Below, in pieces: positions 8,513-17,256 of a DNA stretch of 20,463 bases. Positions within the stretch are counted from its first letter, which is position 1; each line of letters opens with the position of its first letter. The stretch lies in the NCBI GenBank assembly GCA_048940645.1, contig JBHLOI010000047.1:3947-24409 (forward strand), given 5' to 3'. Under the pieces are notes generated by a model. It saw nothing but the letters and a program-made list of their open reading frames with translations, made no database searches and was not told where the DNA came from. This stretch comes from Promethearchaeota archaeon. GTDB lineage: Archaea; Asgardarchaeota; Lokiarchaeia; Sigyniarchaeales; SOKP01. The position numbers were made by a program, and so were the translations under genes.

Positions 8513-8887
8513 ATGTCAATAATTGCCCTATTCCAATTCCCACACTTTATCTTGATTTTAATAGGAATTTGTTTGATATCTATCTCACTTATTCTTGTAG
8601 CTTTCCATAAACCTAAGAAATGGTTCCCCCTCCACACCGTCTTCGCGGCTACAGGAATTTCACTGACAATAATCGGTATTGCAATCTTAAGTGGACTTAC
8701 TTTAATAATTCCTCATGGGATTTTAGGTTTGATTTCTATTATCATCCTTGTATATTCTATTGTTGCGGGTTTAGTTGCTTATAAAATGAAAAAGAAAAAT
8801 ATTCGATTAACACATATTTGGGTTGGCCGAATAATTTATATTGTAATGCTAGTTGCGTTAATACTTGGAATAATAAGCTTTATATAA
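8513..8887 (+). CDS. Minimal four-helix cytochrome b561-like membrane protein
   Basis: Four TM helices, each with a His near its start: H11 (FPH), H41 (WFPLH), H68 (PHGILG), H101 (THIWVGR), the di-heme b561 core pattern. Confidence 0.65.
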   Translation: MSIIALFQFPHFILILIGICLISISLILVAFHKPKKWFPLHTVFAATGISLTIIGIAILSGLTLIIPHGILGLISIIILVYSIVAGLVAYKMKKKNIRLTHIWVGRIIYIVMLVALILGIISFI

Positions 8888-8902
8888 TACTTATTTCACA
8901 AA

Positions 8903-8912
8903 TTTTTTTTTT
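8903..8912 (+). terminator. Oligo-T archaeal terminator
   Basis: T10 run 15 nt after the stop at 8887, between convergent genes. Confidence 0.55.
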
Positions 8913-8946
8913 AATTTATTTATTCTGACAAAATACCTGCTATTTG

Positions 8947-9276
8947 TTATTTTTTATTTATTTTTACAATATCTTTAATTTCTAATAATCTTAAATCTTT
9001 ATCAAGAATAAATTTATCCTTGTAATGTTCCGTATATAATTCATCCATTTCTGGAGCGTGTAAAAATTCTGTTTCAGTATATACGTCATATTTACAAATT
9101 ACTTCATAAATTAATTTCTCTTGATCCTTTCCTTTCTTTATTTTCTCTATTTTAAACTTACTTAAAGATCTGTAATATAAGTGATCACTCCCTTTTCTTT
9201 CATGCTCTCCTAAATTGCGTAATTTATAAATTTCTTCTTTTATAATCTCTTCAAATTTCTCACGATTTTCCATCAT
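8947..9276 (-). CDS. Hypothetical protein
   Basis: 109-aa ORF with protein-like charged composition. No family recognised. Confidence 0.7.
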   Translation of the reverse strand: MMENREKFEEIIKEEIYKLRNLGEHERKGSDHLYYRSLSKFKIEKIKKGKDQEKLIYEVICKYDVYTETEFLHAPEMDELYTEHYKDKFILDKDLRLLEIKDIVKINKK

Positions 9277-9316
9277 AACTTTAGAATTTCTTGTTGCTTT
9301 CTAATTTAAATTCAAT

Positions 9317-9328
9317 AAAAAAAAAAAA
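9317..9328 (-). terminator. Oligo-T terminator of the flavodoxin gene
   Basis: A12 on + (T12 on -) starting ~10 nt after the stop at 9338. Confidence 0.55.
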
Positions 9329-9337
9329 GGAAAATAT

Positions 9338-9784
9338 CTATTTAGCTAATTTAATCCCAAATTCTTTGCATTTTGGAAGATCTGCTTCTAGAATTGGACC
9401 TTTCATACCACTAACAGTTATGGATAACCCAGGGCTTGCTTTAATCAAATTTGGCATAATCTTGCCGATTTGCTTTTCCATTTTTTGCATCGCTTTCTCA
9501 AAATCCTTCCCTAAATATGTATCAAATACAGCAAAAGAACTTCCTTTTATGGAAGCTTCTGGAAGTTTTTTGATAAATTTCTTTACTGTGCTTGTATGGC
9601 TTCCCATGTGATTTGGAGAGCCAATTAAAATTAAATCATAGGTTTCGTCTTTACTTGTGTCAATATCATTTATATGATTAATAACAGTTTCATTGCCCTC
9701 AACAGTATTAATTCCCTCAGCAATTAATTCAGCTACCTTTTTAGTATTTCCATATTTTGTATCATAAGCAATAAGAACTTTCAT
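9338..9784 (-). CDS. Flavodoxin / flavodoxin-domain protein
   Basis: IAYDTKYGNTKKVAELIA (FMN phosphate loop), LILIGSPNHMG, FAVFDTY. Confidence 0.9.
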   Translation of the reverse strand: MKVLIAYDTKYGNTKKVAELIAEGINTVEGNETVINHINDIDTSKDETYDLILIGSPNHMGSHTSTVKKFIKKLPEASIKGSSFAVFDTYLGKDFEKAMQKMEKQIGKIMPNLIKASPGLSITVSGMKGPILEADLPKCKEFGIKLAK

Positions 9785-9946
9785 TTTAATACACTTTTTG
9801 AATGGTAAAAGATATTATGATTCAGAATTTATAATTATTTTCAAAAAAGTAGTCTTTAAGGATTAAATTTACTAATTCTAAAACCTATAGAATTGACTGT
9901 TTAGAATTTATTATATCTTTCTTTAAAGAGCTCATTCTAAAACTTC

Positions 9947-10330
9947 TTATTCTTTTGTCAAAGCTGCCCGAGCTTTTTCTAAGTTATCAACTCCGAGGAC
10001 AATTCTATTATTCTCAGCAAAATAAATTAGGTCAATATTAACACCAGCATCACCTATTTTACGAGCCATTCTTCCTCCTGTACCCGGTTTTCCTACGCTT
10101 TGATCGAGATCCACAACCATTACTTCACGTATAGCACGAACTTCAAAACCGGCGTCTTCAAGTGCCCAGCGGGTTGTAGTTTCATCTTCAACTAAAATAT
10201 GAACGAAAGCTTCATTTTTTAGGGGAAATCCACATATCCCTTCAATATTGATACCCATCTTTCCTAGTGTCTCTCCCATATCAGCTAATGTACCCGGTTG
10301 ATTTTTCAAAACAACTGTTAAATCTTTCAC
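9947..10330 (-). CDS. Tandem ACT-domain (amino-acid-binding) protein
   Basis: LKNQPGTLADMGETLGKMGINIE and GKPGTGGRMARKIGDAGVNIDLIY. GTG start with AGGAGG SD (10345-10340). Confidence 0.88.
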   Translation of the reverse strand: MKDLTVVLKNQPGTLADMGETLGKMGINIEGICGFPLKNEAFVHILVEDETTTRWALEDAGFEVRAIREVMVVDLDQSVGKPGTGGRMARKIGDAGVNIDLIYFAENNRIVLGVDNLEKARAALTKE

Positions 10331-10516
10331 TCTTTTATTCCTCCTATTTCTATTTACTTTCTCTTTATTTTATTTAGTAAATTAAAGTGAATTTCGTTAT
10401 CACGAGATTTCTTTGCAATACTTAATTATGTCTTTCCCCTATTTAAGCTTTCTTTTGAAAATTTTTTTTATAAATAAAGAAAAGTAAACTTACTTATGCT
10501 AAAAAAACAAGTGAAA

Positions 10517-11743
10517 TCAAATATTACGAGCAGTTACCATTTCCATAAATGCTTCAAGTCTTGTTAGTATTTGTCCGTGAGAATAATTTCTTTCATCGAC
10601 ACAATCAACATCCAGATGAATTAGTGGAACTCCAACTTTTTGAAGTGCTTCTTTAAATAATACTCTTGCTCCACCAGATTGCCGACAACCCCAATGAGAA
10701 GGATTAATTGCTCCATCTACTTTATATTCTTTTGCTAATTGGGTGAGTACTTTAAGGCGGCGATCTACTGGGCCAACTAATGGATGTGTCATCATACGAT
10801 ACGCAAGACTCCTCAAAGGATCGCTATCATCTAATTCTTCCCACCAAATGTGATTTAATTCGTCAATTACGACATTAGCACTAAATTTTTCTTCTAAAGC
10901 AGGTATCAGGTCTGTTTTAAACTGTATTCTATTTTGTATCCAAAGTAAGCGATATTTTTCTTTGGATAACCCAAATAATTTATTATTAATTCTATATTGA
11001 AATTCATCTTGGTAAACCTTTGCAACTTCAACACCCTCTTTTGTACCTAAAAGTAAAATGTTCATAATGAAATTTTTTAGATCGTTTGAAGTAGAAGGAC
11101 TAGGAACATTTTTGCAAAGATTATTTACTTCTACCAGATGCTCTCTTGCTTGATTGTTATACTTTATTGATTGTTTAAGCTTGTGATAATCTAATTTACG
11201 TCCAGTATTTTCTTCAATGTAATCAATCATCTGTTCATATTGATCAACCAAATAATCAATTGATTTTGATGTAACTTCAATGGGAATATTTAGTATAAAA
11301 ACTTCTTTCTTAAATATCTCTCCAATACGCGTTAATGCTTTAACACCCCCATTACATGGAATACTTGCTCCTATTAATATATCTGGTTCAGGAATTAACC
11401 CATCCATGGCCGCTCCTATGATTGTTCGATGATATGAGCAACTGTCAGTTGAATAACCTTTGCTTTCAGCTAATTCAAAATATTTTCTCGCCAAACCGGC
11501 TCCAGAGAGCATCGCTCCAAAAAATTCCACAAACATCCCTGATACATTCATAGAATTTAAAATTTCATATGGAACAAACACTGTTGTCCAACCATTAGAC
11601 CAATTCTCATTAAAAATACGAGTTCCAAGGCGAGCTATTTCATAAATGAATTTCCTACGAGGTGTTAATTTTAACTCCATCTTGCTTTTAAGAGCATCTT
11701 CAAGTTGGAAAAAATATTGCTTCAATATAGTATAATCAACCAC
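10517..11743 (-). CDS. 2-hydroxyacyl-CoA dehydratase / benzoyl-CoA reductase family, alpha-like subunit (HgdA/FldB/HadB/BcrB type)
   Basis: GYSTDSCSY, SIPCNG, YKVDGAI...WGCRQS, LDVDCVDERNYSHGQILTRLEAFMEM. 408 aa. Confidence 0.85.
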   Translation of the reverse strand: MVDYTILKQYFFQLEDALKSKMELKLTPRRKFIYEIARLGTRIFNENWSNGWTTVFVPYEILNSMNVSGMFVEFFGAMLSGAGLARKYFELAESKGYSTDSCSYHRTIIGAAMDGLIPEPDILIGASIPCNGGVKALTRIGEIFKKEVFILNIPIEVTSKSIDYLVDQYEQMIDYIEENTGRKLDYHKLKQSIKYNNQAREHLVEVNNLCKNVPSPSTSNDLKNFIMNILLLGTKEGVEVAKVYQDEFQYRINNKLFGLSKEKYRLLWIQNRIQFKTDLIPALEEKFSANVVIDELNHIWWEELDDSDPLRSLAYRMMTHPLVGPVDRRLKVLTQLAKEYKVDGAINPSHWGCRQSGGARVLFKEALQKVGVPLIHLDVDCVDERNYSHGQILTRLEAFMEMVTARNI

Positions 11744-11749
11744 TTTTAA

Positions 11750-12832
11750 TCATCTCATTTGACTTTTTATAATTTCTAAAAATGCTTCAATTCTCGTCTT
11801 TAATTGATTAAGGCTTCCTAAAGATCCATCACTCTCTAAAAATAAGACATTTAAGTCCTTTTCAACCAACAGTTCTTTCAATCTCGGCACATCATATAGG
11901 TATGTATCACAAAATTTCAATGAATGATGGATTATTCCATTAGCATAATAATTTTTGGATATATTTATAATATTTTTTGCTCGGTCCTCAATTTTCATCA
12001 TACGGGCGCATGGGACTCTATTCAGATATGCTTCACCCAAAGCACTTAATAAATCTTTAGATTTATTTATTTGTATATCAAAAAACTTGCTTCCTGTACA
12101 TAAATCCTCATAAACGACGTTAAATCCACAATCTTCGATAAATGAAATAAAATTGACATCATGAATAGGACTTCCCGATAATATCAATCTTGGTTTTTCA
12201 ATTATATCAGAGGTAGTAGCTTTTTTCCCTGATCTTGTTAATTTCTCTTTTATTCGTTCATTCCAGATATTTGGGTCAGATTTAAAAAACTCTGATGTAA
12301 TTTCCATGATTTCGCTCCCAGTTATCTGAGGTGGATTCTTCAATCTTAAGGAATTCAAACTATGGAATAGAGAACGAGATTCTATGAATATATCGATAGA
12401 ATTCTCAAGTGTTTCTTCCCGAATAACATTTGAAGTGTATTTCTCTAACATAGTTTTAAATTTTTCAAATTCCGTACTAATATATTCCAAACCTAATGAT
12501 GAATAGCCCATCGGTATATCTAAAATGTAAATAAATTTTGTAGGTATATTCGCTTTCCAAACGTCATGAAGTCGTCTCATAGCATCGCAAGAATTCACAA
12601 ATACGACACCTTCAAGAAAATTGTAGCCATTTTCAATAGCAACGTCGATTGTTGACTTCACAAATTGACAGTAATTAGGGTGTATGTACGAATCTGCGCT
12701 TTTTACGGGATTTGAATGACCAATTATACGGTATGGTTGGAAATCCGCTGCGTAGATCAATTCTAATGGAGTGTACGTACATACCCATCCCATCATTGGT
12801 TTTTTAGAAGATTTAATTCCCTTAAACACCAT
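11750..12832 (-). CDS. 2-hydroxyacyl-CoA dehydratase / benzoyl-CoA reductase family, beta-like subunit (HgdB/FldC/HadC/BcrC type)
   Basis: GWVCTYTPLELIYAA, YCQFVKS, SCDAMRRL, EDLCTG, PCARM, LKFCD, QLKTRIEAFLE. 360 aa. Confidence 0.85.
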   Translation of the reverse strand: MVFKGIKSSKKPMMGWVCTYTPLELIYAADFQPYRIIGHSNPVKSADSYIHPNYCQFVKSTIDVAIENGYNFLEGVVFVNSCDAMRRLHDVWKANIPTKFIYILDIPMGYSSLGLEYISTEFEKFKTMLEKYTSNVIREETLENSIDIFIESRSLFHSLNSLRLKNPPQITGSEIMEITSEFFKSDPNIWNERIKEKLTRSGKKATTSDIIEKPRLILSGSPIHDVNFISFIEDCGFNVVYEDLCTGSKFFDIQINKSKDLLSALGEAYLNRVPCARMMKIEDRAKNIINISKNYYANGIIHHSLKFCDTYLYDVPRLKELLVEKDLNVLFLESDGSLGSLNQLKTRIEAFLEIIKSQMR

Positions 12833-13085
12833 TCAATTAAGTGATTTCTATATCAATCAATATTTTCCTAAATCATTGTAACAATAATAATGTACTCAAT
12901 AGCTTTCAATTTTAAACAAAAATGTAAACTCTATTAATCAGGTTTTCTGGTGAGTCTTTTGATTTTAAATTCAAAAAACTGACAATTTAGATTAATTTAT
13001 GCAGAAATAATTATATGAATAATAATGATTATACTAATTGTAGCAAAGATAAATAATAATTACAATAAAATTTATAATTATAATC

Positions 13086-13283
13086 ATGATTCCAAAATCT
13101 ATATTTGAGGAATTTAAAGATAAACAAATTAGAATTTATGTGAAAAATCTACCAGAACCACATTGCGTTCATTCAGGGAAAATTAAAACAGTTACGGAAC
13201 ATATTATAATTTTACATGACGTAGAACATGATACCCTTATTTATCTTCCAATAGATGAAATAAGTTTAATAAAAACAACCTAA
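13086..13283 (+). CDS. Small Sm/Hfq-like fold protein (putative)
   Basis: N-terminal helix (IFEEFKDK), then IRIYVKN...SGKIKTVTEHIIILHD (Sm1-like) and LIYLPIDEISLI (Sm2-like). 65 aa. Confidence 0.55.
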   Translation: MIPKSIFEEFKDKQIRIYVKNLPEPHCVHSGKIKTVTEHIIILHDVEHDTLIYLPIDEISLIKTT

Positions 13284-13299
13284 AAACATTGATGAATGT

Positions 13300-13620
13300 T
13301 TATTTAACCCTCTTTTCTGAAAGAGATAAAGTTGGATTTAAGAATTCATTTTGACACATAGGACACGAATTATATTTCATTAACCAAGAAACTACACACG
13401 AATAATGAAAGTTACTGCCACAGAAAGAGCATTGAATAGTATAATTTCTTCCATACCAGATGTATTCATGACAAACTGTGCATTGTACTTTATTTTGTAA
13501 ATTCCTCTTCTCTTTTTTAAGTGCTTTCCCACAATAACGACAGAAATTTGTCTCATATTTATTAGATTTTAGTATTTTTTTACCGCAATAGGGACAATAA
13601 TTAAGACTAGTTCCAGTCAC
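13300..13620 (-). CDS. Zinc-ribbon + RING-finger protein (putative E3 ubiquitin ligase)
   Basis: N-terminal CPYCG...FCRYCG. C-terminal CTVC-x13-CSFC-x4-H-x2-C-x3-W-x6-CPMC (C4HC3-type RING with the conserved W and CPxC). Confidence 0.8.
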   Translation of the reverse strand: MTGTSLNYCPYCGKKILKSNKYETNFCRYCGKALKKEKRNLQNKVQCTVCHEYIWYGRNYTIQCSFCGSNFHYSCVVSWLMKYNSCPMCQNEFLNPTLSLSEKRVK

Positions 13621-13877
13621 TAATATATCACACTAAATATAATTCATAATTAAAGTTTACAATAATAATTGAAGAGAAATATCAGTTAAAAATGATTTTT
13701 AGTCCAATTTTTAATGGGATTAGAATTGTATCATCTTATTTTAATTTATATTAAAGATGCTATTGATGAATATACCTCATATTTAAGGATACCAGATATA
13801 TTATATAATTCATAAATATATAAAATATACCTCCCTATACAACTTTAAAAAACAAAAAAGAAAAGGTAAAATAAATA

Positions 13878-14054
13878 ATGAAAAAGAAAAAGTTTCCTTC
13901 GAAATGTGAGCATTGCAATGTTGAATTAGAGTGTTGTGAAGAGCCTCCGGTATTTACTAAAGATTCTCATGTAATAGAGGCTCGAAAATGCCCCGAATGT
14001 GAAAGAACGTATTATATGGCGTATACCGACTTTACCGGCGGAATGCGGGCATAA
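13878..14054 (+). CDS. Unannotated 58-aa zinc-finger microprotein
   Basis: Hand translation: MKKKKFPSKCEHCNVELECCEEPPVFTKDSHVIEARKCPECERTYYMAYTDFTGGMRA*. Two CxxC knuckles. AGGT upstream. Not in the ORF track, probably too short. Confidence 0.75.
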   Translation: MKKKKFPSKCEHCNVELECCEEPPVFTKDSHVIEARKCPECERTYYMAYTDFTGGMRA

Positions 14055-14168
14055 GATTCGGACATCAACCGTAATTTAACCAGTTAAACCTTTCTATTGA
14101 CACACGAAGGTTATTCAGAGCACCATTTAGAACATTGCGTAAAAAAATAAGTTTTTTTCCGTATAAAA

Positions 14169-14221
14169 GGGATCTATTGAGCATGAAATTGTGCCAATCC
14201 CTGCTAGGTAGAAACCTAGTA
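14169..14221 (+). other. Tandem stem-loops upstream of the acyl-CoA dehydrogenase (possible structured RNA)
   Basis: GGGAT...TG(A)GCAT-gaaatt-GTGCCAATCCC (14169-14201) followed by GCTAGGT-agaa-ACCTAGT (14203-14220). The G-U pairs work on the + strand. Confidence 0.35.
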
Positions 14222-14318
14222 ATAAATTATTGAAGTCTTTTTAGAAATTACATAATTTTTATTATTTTTTCAAGATTTCTAAAATTACTTGAATAATATA
14301 AATTAAAGAGATAGTTTT

Positions 14319-16058
14319 ATGACAATTTTATTAAATCCAAAAAAGCATGACCGCTATTATCCTGATGAGAAGTCTAAGGAAATTATGCTTAAAACTATTG
14401 AATTTTTCGAAAATAAAGGGAAAGCGAAAATTAAAGAAGATGATCATAAAAGGGTCTGGTATTCTGATTTTATCGAGTTTCAGAATAATCATGAAATTTT
14501 CGCACATCTTCTAACACCAACTCCGTATGGTGAGGATGAAAATTATCGTTGGGATACTTGGCGAATTTGCGAATTTAACGAAATACTTGCGTTCTATGGT
14601 CTTTCTTATTGGTATACATGGCAAGTTACCATTTTAGGACTTGGTCCTATTTGGATGAGCAAGAATGAAGAAATAAAAAGGAAAGCAGCTCTATTACTCA
14701 GAGATGGGGCAATTTTTGCATTTGGACTTTCAGAACAAGCTCATGGTGCTGATATTTATGGAACCGAGATGGCTCTTACACCACAAGAAGATGGAACGTA
14801 TAGAGCTAATGGAGAGAAGTATTATATAGGAAATGGAAATGAGGCGGAGATGGTTTCAAATTTTGGTAAATTTGCTGATAAGGATGGAAATATTCCTCCT
14901 TATAATATGAAAAATAAGGAACAATATGTCTTCTTCATAGCAAATTATAAACACAAAAACTATGAATTAATAAAAAACGTCTGTGACAGTCAAAATTATG
15001 TTGCAAATTTCGCACTTCATAATTATCCCATAACTGAAGAAGATATTCTTTCTAAAGGAGAGGACGCTTGGAATTCTGCGCTTAATACTGTTAATGTGGG
15101 AAAATATAATCTAGGATGGGCCTCAATTGGAATCTGTACCCATGCATTCTATGAAGCTATTCATCATGCTGCATATCGCAGACTATATAATATGTACGTT
15201 ACCGATTTTCAGCATGTTAAACAAAATTTTGTAGATGCTTATACCCGTTTAGTAGCTATGAAATTATTTGGGTTAAGAACAGCTGACTACATGCGTATAG
15301 CTTCAAATAAGGATCGACGTTACCTGCTCTATGCCCCCGTCATGAAAATGAAAACAACCACTCAGGGTGAGGAAGTGATCAATCTTTTATGGGATGTTAT
15401 TGCAGCTAAAGGTTTTGAAAAAGATATGTATTTTGAAAGTGCTGCAAGAGATATTCGCGCTTTACCAAAACTAGAGGGCACTGTTCATGTTAATATCGCC
15501 TTAATATTAAAATTTATGCTCAATTTCTTCATGAATCATAAGAATTATGAGGAGGTTCCAAGACAGGATCACGTTAAAAATGATGGTTTTCTTTTCAATC
15601 AGGGTCCAACTCGGGGATTAGGACGTGTCCGCCTTCATAATTGGAAACCCGCATTTGAAAAATATAATTTGCCTAATATTAAAATTTTCTTGGAACAAAT
15701 TAAAATCTTTCACCTTCTTGGAACAAAAGCAACTCCTAATATCGAACAGCAAAAAGATCTGGATTTTATGCTTTCTGGAATTGGTGAAATATTTTCCCTA
15801 ATTGTTTATGCCCATCTTATTGCTGAAAATGCGGCTATCTACAACATTGATGAGGATACTTTAGATCAAATTTTTGATTTTTTAGTAAGAGATTTTTCCA
15901 AATATGCATTGAACCTTTATCATAAACCTAGCACTACTCCTGAACAGATGGAATGGTGTTTAAAAATGATAAAAAGACCTAATGTAGATGAAGAAAGATT
16001 TAACAGAGTCTGGAAAATAGTATACTCCTTAAAAGATGCCTATCAAATGAATGATTAA
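14319..16058 (+). CDS. Acyl-CoA dehydrogenase family protein
   Basis: FAFGLSEQAHGAD, ANGEKYYIGNG, AAKGFEKD, RDIRALPKLEGTVHVN (catalytic Glu in EGT). Confidence 0.93.
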   Translation: MTILLNPKKHDRYYPDEKSKEIMLKTIEFFENKGKAKIKEDDHKRVWYSDFIEFQNNHEIFAHLLTPTPYGEDENYRWDTWRICEFNEILAFYGLSYWYTWQVTILGLGPIWMSKNEEIKRKAALLLRDGAIFAFGLSEQAHGADIYGTEMALTPQEDGTYRANGEKYYIGNGNEAEMVSNFGKFADKDGNIPPYNMKNKEQYVFFIANYKHKNYELIKNVCDSQNYVANFALHNYPITEEDILSKGEDAWNSALNTVNVGKYNLGWASIGICTHAFYEAIHHAAYRRLYNMYVTDFQHVKQNFVDAYTRLVAMKLFGLRTADYMRIASNKDRRYLLYAPVMKMKTTTQGEEVINLLWDVIAAKGFEKDMYFESAARDIRALPKLEGTVHVNIALILKFMLNFFMNHKNYEEVPRQDHVKNDGFLFNQGPTRGLGRVRLHNWKPAFEKYNLPNIKIFLEQIKIFHLLGTKATPNIEQQKDLDFMLSGIGEIFSLIVYAHLIAENAAIYNIDEDTLDQIFDFLVRDFSKYALNLYHKPSTTPEQMEWCLKMIKRPNVDEERFNRVWKIVYSLKDAYQMND

Positions 16059-16097
16059 TTATTTAATCTTCATTTTGAAATTTTTCTTTTAATCTGT

Positions 16098-17210
16098 TTA
16101 AACCTTCTTTCCTTTAATTTCCAGTTTACGTTCTAAAATTTTATCGTATAAGTCATCCATGGTTGGAACTAAATCAAGCTCTCGATCTTTTTTCTTGAGC
16201 TGGATCGCACTTTCAGGGCAGGTTGGCACACAATTACCACAACCGATACATTTGTTTTTATTAACCTTAGAAAAGTCATTAACTAGTTTTATAGCTTCCA
16301 TTTGGCAGCGTTCTACACAAGTGCCACATCCAGTACAAAATTCAGAATCTACATCTGCATAAAAGTTAGCTGAAAAAAATTGAACCGGTCGAGGGAGGTT
16401 CTTTGTGCCTTGTAATGTTGGACAACAACATCCACAACAACTACATATAAATTCAGGTCTAAGGGCATTTCCTGCTTGGAGTACCAAACCATCATCTTCA
16501 TTTTTACGCTGTATTTCGAGAGCCTCCTCTCTTGAAATTTCACGTCCCCACCCTTGATCAATGTACAATTGAGCTATAGAACCAAATCCCATACATACTT
16601 CACGTCGTTCTGTTACCTTACAAGGTCGTCCTAAAATATCCATAGCCTGACGACAAAGACAATTTATCACCACAAATGGACCCTCAACCTCTTCGATAAT
16701 TGTCTTAAGGTCATCATATGTAGCAATGTGATGTTCGGGAGTAAGACTCTTTTCTACTGGAACTGTACGGAACTGAGAAATTTTGGTACCAAATACTTCT
16801 AGTCCGAAAGCTTCGTTCATATATCGAAATATTTTCTTTATGATATCTTTATTGAGCTTATTAACTTGAAACTCATAAATCCCAATTGCAAACTGGGCGT
16901 TACCAAAATATTTTTTGCCCCCTTCCTTTTTAAAATGAATTAATCCTTTTGTAACCATATTATCTAAATGTGCTTCTAATTCTTTGAATGAAACTCTCGT
17001 ATCTTTAAGGCGTTCATAAATCACCTCTATTGGTTCGAGTCCCCTTGTCCATGAAAACCTTAATTTGGTTGCAATCCTTGCCTCTTTTGGGGTAAAATAA
17101 TACTTCAAAATCTCAAGTTCCACTCCAGATTTAGTAGATGGATATCCAATGGGGAAAGAATCAAGATGTTCTCTTAGTTCATTATATACTTTTGATTCAT
17201 CTACAATCAT
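16098..17210 (-). CDS. Multi-cluster Fe-S protein (N-terminal helical domain, Cys-rich core, C-terminal 2x[4Fe-4S] dicluster)
   Basis: CLCR...C...C, ICSCCGCCC, CTGCGTCVERC, CIGCGNCVPTCP. Confidence 0.88.
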   Translation of the reverse strand: MIVDESKVYNELREHLDSFPIGYPSTKSGVELEILKYYFTPKEARIATKLRFSWTRGLEPIEVIYERLKDTRVSFKELEAHLDNMVTKGLIHFKKEGGKKYFGNAQFAIGIYEFQVNKLNKDIIKKIFRYMNEAFGLEVFGTKISQFRTVPVEKSLTPEHHIATYDDLKTIIEEVEGPFVVINCLCRQAMDILGRPCKVTERREVCMGFGSIAQLYIDQGWGREISREEALEIQRKNEDDGLVLQAGNALRPEFICSCCGCCCPTLQGTKNLPRPVQFFSANFYADVDSEFCTGCGTCVERCQMEAIKLVNDFSKVNKNKCIGCGNCVPTCPESAIQLKKKDRELDLVPTMDDLYDKILERKLEIKGKKV

Positions 17211-17256
17211 TTTTTTAATCAGTCAAACGAGAAATTTATAATTAATTTTGGAATTT

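Noticed and set aside
11750-11752. TGA between the dehydratase subunits as selenocysteine
   Set aside because: It falls in a linker after the conserved C-terminal motif, not at a Cys position. The downstream hairpin (10391-10410) lacks a recognisable SECIS core.
14065-14184. Minus-strand 39-aa ORF ending GGT TGA TGT (possible Sec-Cys)
   Set aside because: No recognisable family, read-through would overlap the better-supported Zn-finger gene, and no SECIS was seen.
14169-14221. Long + short hairpin as group II intron domains V/VI or a known riboswitch
   Set aside because: No AGC/CGC catalytic triad at the stem base, and no TPP/SAM/FMN/lysine consensus.
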